From the IMG/VR virus record IMGVR_UViG_3300042553_000685: a stretch of 64,000 bases of DNA; one strand, 5' to 3'. The notes below the pieces were generated by a model. The model searched no databases, was not told where the DNA came from, and saw nothing but the letters and a program-made list of their open reading frames with translations. Origin of the DNA: a virus. Shown piece by piece: positions 39,741 through 50,500 of the stretch. Both the position numbers and the translations under genes were made by a program. Position 1 is the stretch's first letter, and each line of letters begins with the position of its first letter.

Positions 39741-41672
39741 TTATTTCAGAACTTTTATATAATTACGTATAGAAGTAGCAAATGGATCTCTGTTAAAATC
39801 TACCGCAAAGGCTACGTCAACAAGAGCGAGTATCTGATTATTAGATAGCGTATCAGGATTTATGACGGGATCAGCATTTAATATTGCTTGTGCCTGATTC
39901 TTTGCTATTTGTTCTACTTGTATAGACGGAGTAGAATGGTTAATAGTGGCCTGGCCAGTTGTAGCATCTGGGGCCTGCCCTACCACTTGATTAGTAGGCG
40001 TACCCAACTCATCAGGTAGTTGCTCTACTATATCCTGTATATCACCTGTATTAGCTACTCTAGGTACTACTGGAGACCCGGGATTAATCTTTTGCTTGAC
40101 TAGATTTAATATGCTTTCTATCTGACTATCTTCAACTATTGCCTGTTTATTCTCTAGATTGACCCTTACTGTCTCTCTAAGTACTGAATCCGTTATCGGG
40201 TAGTCTCCTAGCTCTGCAGTAAGCTGGTTAGCAACTGCTTCTTCTGATATGCCGCCCCCTCCCGTAATAGAAATAACCTTATTAGCTGGAGAGGCCGGCG
40301 CAGATACAGGTGTGTTACCAGCACCTGTATTAGTTTGTAATGTATTGTGGGGTGATCTTACTGGTACAGCTGGCGCGGTTAATGTATTCGTAGGTATAGG
40401 TACTATAGGATCAATAGTATCGAATGTATAGTCTATAATAATAATAGGTTCATCGTCAATAGAACCTACAGTAGGGCTTGAGGTAATTGGGGTACCGTCA
40501 GGATTAAGTGGAAGAGGTACCTCTAGAAGAGGAGGTTTTACTGAAGTAACTCTTATATTACCAATTAATCGTTTATCTAGTATCTCGTTAAGTATTCTGA
40601 GAGCTCTCTTTTTATCAGAGATATTTTCAAGAGCCTTGAGCTTCTGGGTCTCAGTGGCGCCTGGGCGTAGAGTATTAGCAATTTTTATAATGTTATTATA
40701 TACACCCTCATCAGTTATAGCTCTGGGATACTTCTCATTATATTCACTGAGTACCTGATACCTTAAACTAGTCGCAACGCTGTCAGATACGCCGGGCCTA
40801 ACATTCTTAATATAATTAACTAATTCGGCCGGGTTCATGTCCTGTGGTCTATAACCTTCTCTGTACAGAGTAGTGGTTAACGAAGCAGGATCATCTTCTA
40901 CTGGAAAATCAATATTATTACGTATAATTTGTCTAGCACGTAGTACTTCTTCAACATCAGCACTTGGATAGTTATCGGCTATCCATCTAGACGCATCATC
41001 TATAGATATATTCTCATTACGCATTTGGATGGCTATGTCGCCGCTTTCTTGACTTACCTTATCTATATTAAGAATATCCCTTCTTGTTAAGGTTGACTGC
41101 GTATTAACAGCATTATTAGTCCGAGCTATATTACCTAAACCAGGAGTTATAAATCTAGTGAACCTAGCCGCGACGTTACTACTACTGAGATAATTCGAGG
41201 GAGGTTGTAGTATACCAGGAGTGGCGCGCTGTGTAAAGTTCACTGCGCTACTCTTAGCCTTATTAGCAGTAGAGAGAATGGCGCTACGAACGCCTTGAGT
41301 AGACCGAGCCAAGCTACCAGTTATCTTAGCACCTGGCCCAGTATTTAATATACCAGTCTTTAATACAACCTTACCCGCGAGTCTTGCTGGGGCAGATGCA
41401 ACCTTAGCACCAACACCAACTACTTTGCCTAGCGCTGCAGTTTCTATTTTAGTAGGAGCCAGTATAGTTACTGCGTCTATGGCTGCCTCAACAGGTGTGT
41501 ATTGCCTGCTATCTCCATTAGCAACTGTATTAATGAGATCACCTGCGGCGGATGCTGCGGTGGATGCTGTTACTACTCCTCCTACAATGCTAATAGTCGT
41601 AGGTATGGAGCCTGTGGCTACAGTAACGGCCTGCGCCGTAGCTTCAATACTTGCTTTACTGTATTTTTTCAT
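39741..41672 (-). CDS. Hypothetical virion protein (643 aa) with an Ala/Gly/Val-rich N-terminal third
   Basis: N-terminus VGVGAKVASAPARLAGKVVLKTGILNTGPGAKITG. Low-complexity Pro/Thr linker near residues 420-470. Confidence 0.6.
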   Translation of the reverse strand: MKKYSKASIEATAQAVTVATGSIPTTISIVGGVVTASTAASAAGDLINTVANGDSRQYTPVEAAIDAVTILAPTKIETAALGKVVGVGAKVASAPARLAGKVVLKTGILNTGPGAKITGSLARSTQGVRSAILSTANKAKSSAVNFTQRATPGILQPPSNYLSSSNVAARFTRFITPGLGNIARTNNAVNTQSTLTRRDILNIDKVSQESGDIAIQMRNENISIDDASRWIADNYPSADVEEVLRARQIIRNNIDFPVEDDPASLTTTLYREGYRPQDMNPAELVNYIKNVRPGVSDSVATSLRYQVLSEYNEKYPRAITDEGVYNNIIKIANTLRPGATETQKLKALENISDKKRALRILNEILDKRLIGNIRVTSVKPPLLEVPLPLNPDGTPITSSPTVGSIDDEPIIIIDYTFDTIDPIVPIPTNTLTAPAVPVRSPHNTLQTNTGAGNTPVSAPASPANKVISITGGGGISEEAVANQLTAELGDYPITDSVLRETVRVNLENKQAIVEDSQIESILNLVKQKINPGSPVVPRVANTGDIQDIVEQLPDELGTPTNQVVGQAPDATTGQATINHSTPSIQVEQIAKNQAQAILNADPVINPDTLSNNQILALVDVAFAVDFNRDPFATSIRNYIKVLK

Positions 41673-43011
41673 CCTTAAGTTTTTCTATTGCTTCTCTATC
41701 AGTTACTTCAAATACTCGTCCTATAGTGAAGACGTAATATCTGCACGTCCCATCCTTATCACATACCTCACTTACGCTAAGGCGTTGACCGTTGGGGTCA
41801 GGATCCCCGCTCTCCCATTGAGAGAGCGTTTTGCCATCTTTTCCCTCCTTAGCCATCTCAATATCCTCAATTATAGCCAGGGCGCTATCCACTGCACTGT
41901 TCTGCTCTTCTACTGTAGTCCGGCTTATAGCCTCCTTGAGACTAGCGGGTATATGTTCTATCTTAGTTATCTCACACTTATCCTCCGTTAGAGAGCGCGT
42001 CTCGAATTGTAGCGTATAGTATGTTCTATCGCTACGCGCATGTGCTACCTCGAGTAGTGATAGGTGTCCGCGGAAGCGGGGATTACCTGTCTTAGCTGAG
42101 CGTATCACCCCCTCCTTTACATCGAAGGCCTGGTAGCGTGCCATGTTAATCTCTACGTCTAGATCAGCTCCGCTTAGGTATGCGTGCTCGTAGAAACTCT
42201 GCATAGCGCCATAAGTGTCTAGCTTAGCCATAAGAGTCCCTACCTTATCCTTACCAGTAGCATGAGATAGATAGGTAGCCGGGCTCGGTTTATCGCCATC
42301 CACTCCAGTGAACATTCCTACTACAGTTATCATCACACTATCTATCCCCATGTGCTGGTAAATAGGTGTGCTGCCTGGTACCCGCAACTTAGCGATATTA
42401 GCCTTAACTCGTATGTGTAAACCTGGCAGTGCGTTGGGTACATCCTTACTCGCTGTCATAGGTATGACTGAGTCCATAGCCGGCAATAGACTGAAGAAAT
42501 AACTCTTATTAGTATCTACTTGTGTAACCCTCATACCCCAGTCCGCCGCAGGTGGGTACGTTATAGTCGGCTCCTGCTTAGTTGTTAATTTGCTGGGATC
42601 CCCCTTAGAAAGATCTACTTCACCACCTGTAGGTATACCTACACTACTCGGAGTGGCAAGTCTTGCTATGTTAACTGTTGAGTCAGGTGCGGCGGCCGTT
42701 ACTTGTGAGGGAGTATAGCCAATACTCACCTGCATCTCTTGAATATTAGGATTATTGACGTTACTTTCAATTACTGTTCTTACTTCCTTTACTACGTGGG
42801 CTTTTAAGCTACCATCTGCTCTTGATAATAATTGGGATAAAAGATTTATATAAGGGGCACTACGACTACTAGGTATATCTCTTAATTTAAAAATAACATC
42901 ATTAACCAATAGAGGCGCATTTAGATCCTCTAGATTTAATAATTCAAAGTACGCTACTCTAACGGGATGACCTGGTTGTATATTGCTAGTTAAAGATAAG
43001 GTATCACTCAC
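41656..43011 (-). CDS. Hypothetical virion/tail protein (451 aa)
   Basis: GSTPIYQHMGIDSVMITVVGMFTG is weakly reminiscent of Mu-type DNA-circulation/tail proteins. Low certainty. Confidence 0.55.
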   Translation of the reverse strand: MSDTLSLTSNIQPGHPVRVAYFELLNLEDLNAPLLVNDVIFKLRDIPSSRSAPYINLLSQLLSRADGSLKAHVVKEVRTVIESNVNNPNIQEMQVSIGYTPSQVTAAAPDSTVNIARLATPSSVGIPTGGEVDLSKGDPSKLTTKQEPTITYPPAADWGMRVTQVDTNKSYFFSLLPAMDSVIPMTASKDVPNALPGLHIRVKANIAKLRVPGSTPIYQHMGIDSVMITVVGMFTGVDGDKPSPATYLSHATGKDKVGTLMAKLDTYGAMQSFYEHAYLSGADLDVEINMARYQAFDVKEGVIRSAKTGNPRFRGHLSLLEVAHARSDRTYYTLQFETRSLTEDKCEITKIEHIPASLKEAISRTTVEEQNSAVDSALAIIEDIEMAKEGKDGKTLSQWESGDPDPNGQRLSVSEVCDKDGTCRYYVFTIGRVFEVTDREAIEKLKDEKIQ

Positions 43012-43339
43012 GCAGGCTCTCCACTATTACTAAGAATTGGGCTATGGTGTGGTCAGATAGATAAGAGGGTATATGAATATACTGCCCGCGGTAATACAGC
43101 TCTCTATACGTATTAGTCATACCTGCCGTTAGGAGGCCTAGTGGTAGCGTTGTTAGGTAATCGAGCTCCTCATCTGTGAAGTCAGCTATAGGGAGGCCCT
43201 GTAATAATAGGGCCAGTCTATTATCGTAGCCCCGCGCTGCCAGCTGTGATACAGTACGACGATATAGTGCCCCTGCGATGAGGGGCACAGCGTGATTAAC
43301 TGGTATACGCTCTACTATACTCTCTAATATGTCAGACAC
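43004..43339 (-). CDS. Hypothetical protein (111 aa)
   Basis: Overlapping ORF in the structural block. Confidence 0.5.
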   Translation of the reverse strand: MSDILESIVERIPVNHAVPLIAGALYRRTVSQLAARGYDNRLALLLQGLPIADFTDEELDYLTTLPLGLLTAGMTNTYRELYYRGQYIHIPSYLSDHTIAQFLVIVESLRE

Positions 43340-45873
43340 TGCAGGCTCGAGACATAGGGTAATCTAGTTATGGTGCCGCTTACAATTATTTGTAATCTAA
43401 TGCGTATGCGATTTCTGACCAATGGTACATCATTATCACCCTGACGCACTAATACAGTGGGAGTGAGGCCGGACAATGTAGTCTCATTCTCGATGAGGGG
43501 TATATTACCATCTACTAGCGTAGTGGTAGGAGTAGGCATTTCAGTCCACGTCTGGCCCCCATTGGAGCTGGCACTGGCCACTACACAACTACCCTGCGGT
43601 AGGAAGGCGCGGTATATAACCTTGACGTTAGTGTACTCACGTGTAGTATAATCTATGCTGATCCAGGTAGCTTTAGAACGAGCCCGCCCTATAATCAGCA
43701 TACTCCTGTTGAGGTAGACTATGGGTGTCGTACCTGTAGTGAAGAGCACTAGCCTCATCTCTAGATTATCTGGCAGCTCCGTAGCTCGCTCGGGTAAGGG
43801 CACTAGCTCCTGCCCTTCCCTATAGAAGGTAGAGAATGAGCCCCCCTGACCTAGGTTATAACTCCAGAGGCTATTGAGCTGTGTTAGGTCTACCTGAGTA
43901 TTCGCCTCAGGCGCTGGGCTATAGGTGAAGTCTATATAGCCTGTCGAACCTAGATTCCCTCCTATTAGCTGGTATGTTAGATTACTATTGATCTGTGACT
44001 GCCAGTTACTACCACTGCGTGTCAGGAGGTAGTTGGGTATGCCGGGTATGCCCGGTATGCCCGGTATGCCCGGCCCCTCTTGGTTTCGTGATATAGCAGA
44101 CTGTGCGTTTGTATTGATGTGCATAGAGCCCGGGCTAGTAGCACTAATGACTACACAGTAACTACCTGCCACTAGATTGATGGGCGGGTCGAAGGTCAAC
44201 TCTACTGGTGTATCAGGACTACCGCTCGTTACCTGTAGGCGGACCCGTCCTAGCTCCCTCTCCTCTGGTATATTATTGGGTGCTGCTACTAGACTCACCC
44301 AAGCGCTTATGGCGCCTGCGGGATATACGCGTATACCTGTTATAGTATTGGCTGTTGATAGAGTAAACAACTGTGCCATCCCCTCCCTGATCTGTACTAC
44401 AGCTGGTGCGGGGGCTCCAGTGGAACCAAACTCCAGACACTGCCCTATTGTCCATCCACTTCCTGTTGCTGTTATAGATAGTGCTGCGCTACTAGAAGGA
44501 ACTGCTATATTTGCTACTAGTATGCCGCTGACATCAGCCTTATAGCGCCCGTCTTCTATAGAGCCGCGGGTTACTGTAGCCTGGGGAGTCCGTCCGTCTA
44601 TTTGTAATACTATACCACTCTCTAGAGATAACAGACCCTGTAGAGTGATTGTGACTTGCACTGCCTCGGTGGCTATAGTGAGACGTCCTACTTGGTACTC
44701 GATGCGCTTTGCATCGGGTGCTACTACTGGTGGGTTGAGCGTCATACGCACGTCTCGTGTCTGGGCTGCTAGTCCCAGACTGCCTGTAGCGCGTCGTTGA
44801 TCAATTATGAGACCAGGGGCAGGTCGTATATATGCCGTCTGTAGACTCCCTCCAGACTCCGTTATGGTTACATTACTACTACCTTTTATAGTTAGGTTAC
44901 CGGGCCTGATCGTGTTATACGAGGTAGGTAGTGTCATGTACCCCGTCATAGCACAGTCAAAGCCAGGAGCTGTGATGTCAGTCCCCAATGTATTCTGGAA
45001 GGCGTCTACAAAGCCACTCTCTAAAATACGCGGGGCCCCCGAGTAGAAGTTAAGTCGTTCTAGAACTATATCTATAGCCTCCTCTCGTAGTGTGTTCAAC
45101 TTAACCTGTAGATCTCGCAGTAGGCCGGGCTCTACCCATCTATTATCGCTGGCTATTAGTTCACTATTACGTATACGTGCTAGCGTGAGGGGCCCCGTAC
45201 CTATTCTCACCTCACCTTTCTTATCTATGACGATCTCACCACTAACCACCATAGGTAGATAGACAGGCTCGTATAGATCCACTATCTTACCATCTATGAA
45301 GGCCCGGCCGGGCTGGACGGCCAGACGCTGAATAGGTCGATTCTGTGTTAGGTCTATCTCTAGTGCATTATCGAAGCGCAGGCCCAGTACCTCTAGACCT
45401 CGCTGTATATAGTTGCCGTATACCTCTTTGTCTACTAACTCTATGGCCTCCTCGAGTGATGCTACTTTACTGCGCGGGGCCCGACTGAATCGCTTACCAT
45501 CGTATATGAGTATCTGGCCCCCCGATATCTGCAGGAATGGGTAACCGTCCTGTCCTACTACTGGTTTAGGAAATAGGATACTGCGCCCATCATAATCTAT
45601 CCGGTATATGCGGAGTGTAACGTTGGCGTTACCGGTTATAGTTAGATGGGCTGGGCTGATGCGATACCAGCCCTCCTCCTCTATATATATCAGACCACCT
45701 TGTATTGTTAGACTGGGGGGCGTCCATATTATATCTACCTCCGCTAGGTAATAAACATCGTATAGACTACGGCTCATCTCCTCTACATGCAAGTGTAAGA
45801 GATCCTGCATCTCTATGAGCTCTCGTGCTTGTAGGGGGCGGCCATCCGTAAATAGTAGCTTAGTTCGTTCCAT
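43324..45873 (-). CDS. Large structural protein (849 aa), fibre/baseplate-associated
   Basis: N-terminal DGRPLQARELIEMQ is shared with the upstream 1359-aa protein. It contains a PGIPGIPGIPGIP repeat. Confidence 0.7.
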   Translation of the reverse strand: MERTKLLFTDGRPLQARELIEMQDLLHLHVEEMSRSLYDVYYLAEVDIIWTPPSLTIQGGLIYIEEEGWYRISPAHLTITGNANVTLRIYRIDYDGRSILFPKPVVGQDGYPFLQISGGQILIYDGKRFSRAPRSKVASLEEAIELVDKEVYGNYIQRGLEVLGLRFDNALEIDLTQNRPIQRLAVQPGRAFIDGKIVDLYEPVYLPMVVSGEIVIDKKGEVRIGTGPLTLARIRNSELIASDNRWVEPGLLRDLQVKLNTLREEAIDIVLERLNFYSGAPRILESGFVDAFQNTLGTDITAPGFDCAMTGYMTLPTSYNTIRPGNLTIKGSSNVTITESGGSLQTAYIRPAPGLIIDQRRATGSLGLAAQTRDVRMTLNPPVVAPDAKRIEYQVGRLTIATEAVQVTITLQGLLSLESGIVLQIDGRTPQATVTRGSIEDGRYKADVSGILVANIAVPSSSAALSITATGSGWTIGQCLEFGSTGAPAPAVVQIREGMAQLFTLSTANTITGIRVYPAGAISAWVSLVAAPNNIPEERELGRVRLQVTSGSPDTPVELTFDPPINLVAGSYCVVISATSPGSMHINTNAQSAISRNQEGPGIPGIPGIPGIPNYLLTRSGSNWQSQINSNLTYQLIGGNLGSTGYIDFTYSPAPEANTQVDLTQLNSLWSYNLGQGGSFSTFYREGQELVPLPERATELPDNLEMRLVLFTTGTTPIVYLNRSMLIIGRARSKATWISIDYTTREYTNVKVIYRAFLPQGSCVVASASSNGGQTWTEMPTPTTTLVDGNIPLIENETTLSGLTPTVLVRQGDNDVPLVRNRIRIRLQIIVSGTITRLPYVSSLQCLTY
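44036..44073 (-). repeat. 9-bp tandem repeat x4 (GGTATGCCC) encoding (PGI)n
   Basis: ggtatgccg ggtatgccc ggtatgccc ggtatgccc, read on the - strand as GPGIPGIPGIPGIP. Confidence 0.9.
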
Positions 45874-48800
45874 ATACCACTACCTCCATTATAGATGGCA
45901 CGTCTGTTGTCGAAATTCCAAATGCGTCTATAGACCACTTCAGCTCTCCACTACGCGGGCCGGGAGATACATATTCATAAGTTAGGCGAGATAGTCCTAG
46001 TCCTGCATCTAGTATGACTGTGGTTGGGTCGCTTAGAACGTGCCAGCCCCCTGTGCTGAACTGTATCCTTACTTGTAGCGTACTCGATGGCGGCATTAGT
46101 GCTGTTATGGCTACTGTAAATTTCGTACTCGTCTGCGGGATAGGCTGCCAGTTAGATATATGCTGCGTGGGTGACAGGTTACGATAGAGGGATACTGTTC
46201 CTATTTCTATGATGGGAGCTAGGGCTGCCGTACCTGCGGATACTGCACGTAGAAGGAGTATAGACTCTACTCTATCTAGACATACAGGCGTATTGGGTGC
46301 TATGGATATCCAGTTAAGATTCACGCCCGCCTTGTACTGATAATCTATTGTGCAGCCTGCTGGTACTATGTCTCGTACATTGAGAGCGAAGGCCGTCATA
46401 CTGTAAGAGTAGCTACCTAGGTCTATACTAATCGGAGTCGTCGGGAATACAGCGCGGTAGAGCCGCATAGTAATATCTTCTCTCTCGTGATTAGAAATGA
46501 TAGTACCATCACTGAACCAGAGGTTACCATTTATGCCTAGCTGCTGTCCTATTAGTAGCCCCGCATCTAGTATATCGGCCTCTCCTATCTCACTAGTGAA
46601 TACGCTCCAGTCTCCCTCTGTACTGCGGAAGCCTAGTGTATAATACTGATCCTCCTTGAGATAGATAGGGGTAGGGAATACGTATTTAGTCCAGAGCCGC
46701 CCCTGTATGTCAGGCAATACAGCTCCATTGACAAGAGCCTCTCCTAGTAGTATCTGCCCTGGTGTAGTAGCTGTGCCATCCCGCAATGATATAATTAGGG
46801 CTCCTGATGCCGGCGCCGATGCTATTTTTATATCAAGGCCGCTCAGGTACATATCAGAGGGTGCCTGAAATGTCTGCATCAGTGGGTCGAAGCCTACCCT
46901 CGGCATTAGGGGTAAGGGCTGAGTATCTATTGAGGATGATGGTAAACCCCAGGAGGCCGCCCCGCCTAGCGCCACGTGGGTCAGGTTATTATTGAATATC
47001 GATATCGTATTACTTACACTCAGTGTATCAGAGTGTAGCACTACGGCATGGACACCGGGGGGTAGTGCGGGTAGGAATAGCTCGACCTCAAGTATGCCAT
47101 TAGAGCGGGGCCGGAACGCGAATGGTAGGGTGCCCGATATTGGTGTGTTATTAATTGATACTGCAGTAGTCATGAGAGTGTCAGCTATCAGTAGTTGATA
47201 GCTGGCCTGGGGGAGCCCCTCTCCTCGTATAGTGTATCGTATATTCTGGGCCCGCGCCTTATCTATCTCCTCGCTCCCCATTAGATTAGCGCCTATAGAC
47301 GGTATAGCCTCACCTGCTGATATAGCCTCTCGTACACGACGAGATAGCCGCGTGAACTCTGCTCTATTACCCTCATTGATAAATCGATAGAGGGGATTAC
47401 TAGTGGAGCCGAATAGAGCAGCTCCTCGGACGGCCAGCTCGTCGCAGGGGTTAATTCGCCCTAGATCGCGATTAGCCATGATGACTCTACGGCAGAATAA
47501 CCGCGGGGCTGTAGTCTGCTGTATACTCCTTTCTTTCGTCAGCTTAGTTTGCTCGAGGAAGATACTCTCTGTATATGTAGGTACTACAATGTAAGGGTCT
47601 CCTGCGTTATTAGGTCTAGCCGAGGGGGCCGTTGCTCTGACATCGCTATATACTCTATTGGATGTCAGACTATTAGTTAGAGGCGAGAGCATACCTGTGC
47701 TCTCCGTTAGATTAATACCGCTACTACTCACTAGAGCATCGATAGATGTAAAGTTAGGTACGGCTCCTGTATTAGTGAAAGCCAGTCCCTCTGCTTTCGT
47801 TGTGAGTCGTAGTCTATCTATATCATCTGATAACGATGATACGGCGCTGGCTAGCTGCCGTATACTATCGTAATTAACAGGGCGACAGTCGATAGGCTCA
47901 ATGATGGCGCTATTATTACTTATAAGCACACGGGATAATGGTAATACTGAACCACTAACGGCAGGAGGCTGCGGATTAACTCCTACCTCACCATATATGA
48001 CAGCGGGCTGTCCCTCCTTATCTAGCGTCACTATAGCTATGCGGCTGAGGAAATAACTATAGTCTACCTGGAATGTGGTATTAGGTGCGGGGCTCCGTGT
48101 ACCAGTAAATACTATAGTGTCAGTAGCCGTCAGGAGATTGAAATCTACTCCTAGTGTTAATTGACTAGAGTACGTATACATCACAAAGTAGGTAGTACCA
48201 GGTGCCGGCTCTAGAGCCCCCGGGCCATTAGGAGCCCACTCCAGTCTACCACCATCGAGAACCTGGAAGTCCCGGCCCTCTGTGTAATTAATAGAGCCCT
48301 GGAATACATGTTTCACACTAGATACAGTATCTCGCCCTAGGTAGTCACTAGTGCCAGGTGTAGTCCCGCGCACTATGGCAGCCGTATTCTGCTGGAGCGT
48401 AGCTACTAGTCGCGTTACCTCCTTGACAGGTCGGCGAGTTAACTTAAACTCATTAGTACTGGCTGCACCTCCAATGGGACCGCTGGGCACGTCGACGCCT
48501 AGTCTATTACTGGGGGCCCCTCCTGTGATAGTGATACCTATGGTAATGTTCACTAGGTTAGACGTCGTACCTATGCCTATAGACTCCATGACGAGTGTTG
48601 GCCCATTACGGCGGAAGGCTATGGCATCTCGGAGTAGATTACGAGCCGCATCCGTAGTAATGCCGGTACCGGTAATAGTACTATTACTATCAGTACCAGT
48701 AGCTATGCGAGTTATTATGTAGTCTATGAAGGTTTCTACTGAGGTGGCTGCTGAAGTATTAGCCGTCACAGTTATAGTCGAGTTATTGATAGGGGCAAAG

Positions 48801-49939
48801 CTTATGCTTACTTTGGTATCCTGTGTTACTACATTAGCCCATGTGAAGGCACCCTGTAGCGATATGGTGCGGTTGGCTATAGCAGTTACACCTCCATAAG
48901 TAAATGTAGCCGCCGTTACTACCTGACTATCTGTGGTACGCTGTAGCGCTAGGTTTATTGGTGTATCAATAACTACTCTACGCCCCACGACGTAGGCTAC
49001 TCCAGGTGCCAGTGACATACCAAGTGAGGACTCTGATCTACGTCGGGCCTCCTCTAATTCTGCTAGCCCGCCCCGTGCTGCTGTCTGTCTCTCTCTGTAG
49101 GTAGCCTCTAGTGTAGCTACCAGGGCCTCTTCTTCCTCTACACGTGTCTCAAGATCAGCGAGTATAGTCAGGTTAGCGGGTGTGGGGCTGACACTACTTA
49201 TATCCCGTGCGTCCTCTAGTCGCAGTAGTAATCCATCTAGTCTACTCTTACTCTCTAGGTATAGGTTACGTGACTCAGTAGCCCGCGCCTCTAGTGTAGA
49301 ATAGTTATCATTGAGCGTCACTAGACTAGTATCAGCTAGAGTGCGGGGGCGGTCCAGGAGCGCTAGGTTCAGCCCCCGCACGCAGAAGTTACCGTGTCTC
49401 TCAAATACTCTCTCTGCTAGTGTCTCCTCGATACCACCAGGTAGGTCCCTCGCTCTATTAATAGGTATTCCATTGCGTATAGAGTAGAGGGGATACCCTC
49501 GCCCCGTAAGGACTATACTACTATTAACTACTAATCTAGATGCCCCCCGGGGCCCGTATTGATTGCCGGCCCGCATACTCTCATCCTCGAGTACGGTAGT
49601 AGTGACCTCGAGATAAAATGTAGTCTCTCCTTCTCGTGATACCTGAAAGCGCGCGGGCTTAGTCTTGACTACTACGCCCGCAGCATATACACGGCCTTCA
49701 GTTATAAGGATATCCATAGTCGTATCGTCATCACCTACGACGACTAATTCTACACCCGAGAGTATAGTGCCATCTCTATAGAGCGTATCCATACCGGTCT
49801 GGAACTGGCCCTGCACTATTGATTGCATCTCTAGGAGGTCCTGCGCCACTAAGGGTTGGCCGTCCTCTGGTAATACTTTCACCCAATTACTATCGAGGGT
49901 ATAATTCTCGGGGTATTCTGGTCTTTGTAATATAGACAT
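45860..49939 (-). CDS. Large structural protein (1359 aa), fibre/baseplate-associated
   Basis: N-terminal DGQPLVAQDLLEMQ block paralogous to the 849-aa protein, with a coiled-coil-like region near residues 210-300. Long uninterrupted ORF. Confidence 0.75.
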   Translation of the reverse strand: MSILQRPEYPENYTLDSNWVKVLPEDGQPLVAQDLLEMQSIVQGQFQTGMDTLYRDGTILSGVELVVVGDDDTTMDILITEGRVYAAGVVVKTKPARFQVSREGETTFYLEVTTTVLEDESMRAGNQYGPRGASRLVVNSSIVLTGRGYPLYSIRNGIPINRARDLPGGIEETLAERVFERHGNFCVRGLNLALLDRPRTLADTSLVTLNDNYSTLEARATESRNLYLESKSRLDGLLLRLEDARDISSVSPTPANLTILADLETRVEEEEALVATLEATYRERQTAARGGLAELEEARRRSESSLGMSLAPGVAYVVGRRVVIDTPINLALQRTTDSQVVTAATFTYGGVTAIANRTISLQGAFTWANVVTQDTKVSISFAPINNSTITVTANTSAATSVETFIDYIITRIATGTDSNSTITGTGITTDAARNLLRDAIAFRRNGPTLVMESIGIGTTSNLVNITIGITITGGAPSNRLGVDVPSGPIGGAASTNEFKLTRRPVKEVTRLVATLQQNTAAIVRGTTPGTSDYLGRDTVSSVKHVFQGSINYTEGRDFQVLDGGRLEWAPNGPGALEPAPGTTYFVMYTYSSQLTLGVDFNLLTATDTIVFTGTRSPAPNTTFQVDYSYFLSRIAIVTLDKEGQPAVIYGEVGVNPQPPAVSGSVLPLSRVLISNNSAIIEPIDCRPVNYDSIRQLASAVSSLSDDIDRLRLTTKAEGLAFTNTGAVPNFTSIDALVSSSGINLTESTGMLSPLTNSLTSNRVYSDVRATAPSARPNNAGDPYIVVPTYTESIFLEQTKLTKERSIQQTTAPRLFCRRVIMANRDLGRINPCDELAVRGAALFGSTSNPLYRFINEGNRAEFTRLSRRVREAISAGEAIPSIGANLMGSEEIDKARAQNIRYTIRGEGLPQASYQLLIADTLMTTAVSINNTPISGTLPFAFRPRSNGILEVELFLPALPPGVHAVVLHSDTLSVSNTISIFNNNLTHVALGGAASWGLPSSSIDTQPLPLMPRVGFDPLMQTFQAPSDMYLSGLDIKIASAPASGALIISLRDGTATTPGQILLGEALVNGAVLPDIQGRLWTKYVFPTPIYLKEDQYYTLGFRSTEGDWSVFTSEIGEADILDAGLLIGQQLGINGNLWFSDGTIISNHEREDITMRLYRAVFPTTPISIDLGSYSYSMTAFALNVRDIVPAGCTIDYQYKAGVNLNWISIAPNTPVCLDRVESILLLRAVSAGTAALAPIIEIGTVSLYRNLSPTQHISNWQPIPQTSTKFTVAITALMPPSSTLQVRIQFSTGGWHVLSDPTTVILDAGLGLSRLTYEYVSPGPRSGELKWSIDAFGISTTDVPSIMEVVVYGTN

Positions 49940-49942
49940 CGA

Positions 49943-50500
49943 TTAAATAGGTAATATGAATTTAACGCGTGTGCGGTCAGTAGGGGTTGCGTGAGTCACG
50001 GGAGTGAATAGGAGTGCCATCTGAGCAGGGCCCGTGTCGAGCCATTCGCCGGGTAGCCAGAAGTCAGCATTAGTATTCGCGCCTGTTTGTAATACTACAT
50101 CAGTTAGCAGTGATGCAGAACGGAAGGCACCGGGTACCTGCTCACCGGATACTATTGCCTCTACGTATAACGCCTGGGGTAATAAGCCTAGGAGTGATGT
50201 GAGGTCAGCTCTACCGTTAGGTATTATGTTCCAGCGCTGGTCCCCCTGTATAATATCACCGCCGCTCTCTACTCTATAGGCCAGTGATACTCGGTGAGGG
50301 CGCAGTATAACCTGTGTGCTCAGGAATGCAGGGTCCTGCGGTATAGGTCTATCCGGCGGCTCATCTATATCTAGTGGGTTATCGGGGGCCCATGTCGTAT
50401 AGCGCCCTATTCCCACGCGTAAGGGCAGTGTGTTTCTCATCTGTATCAGACGATATAGCCGCCCTTCTGGTGTAGTCTTACTTATGATGGTAGTACTCAT
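49943..50500 (-). CDS. Hypothetical virion protein (185 aa)
   Basis: ORF packed between the flavoprotein and the 1359-aa gene. Confidence 0.55.
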   Translation of the reverse strand: MSTTIISKTTPEGRLYRLIQMRNTLPLRVGIGRYTTWAPDNPLDIDEPPDRPIPQDPAFLSTQVILRPHRVSLAYRVESGGDIIQGDQRWNIIPNGRADLTSLLGLLPQALYVEAIVSGEQVPGAFRSASLLTDVVLQTGANTNADFWLPGEWLDTGPAQMALLFTPVTHATPTDRTRVKFILPI

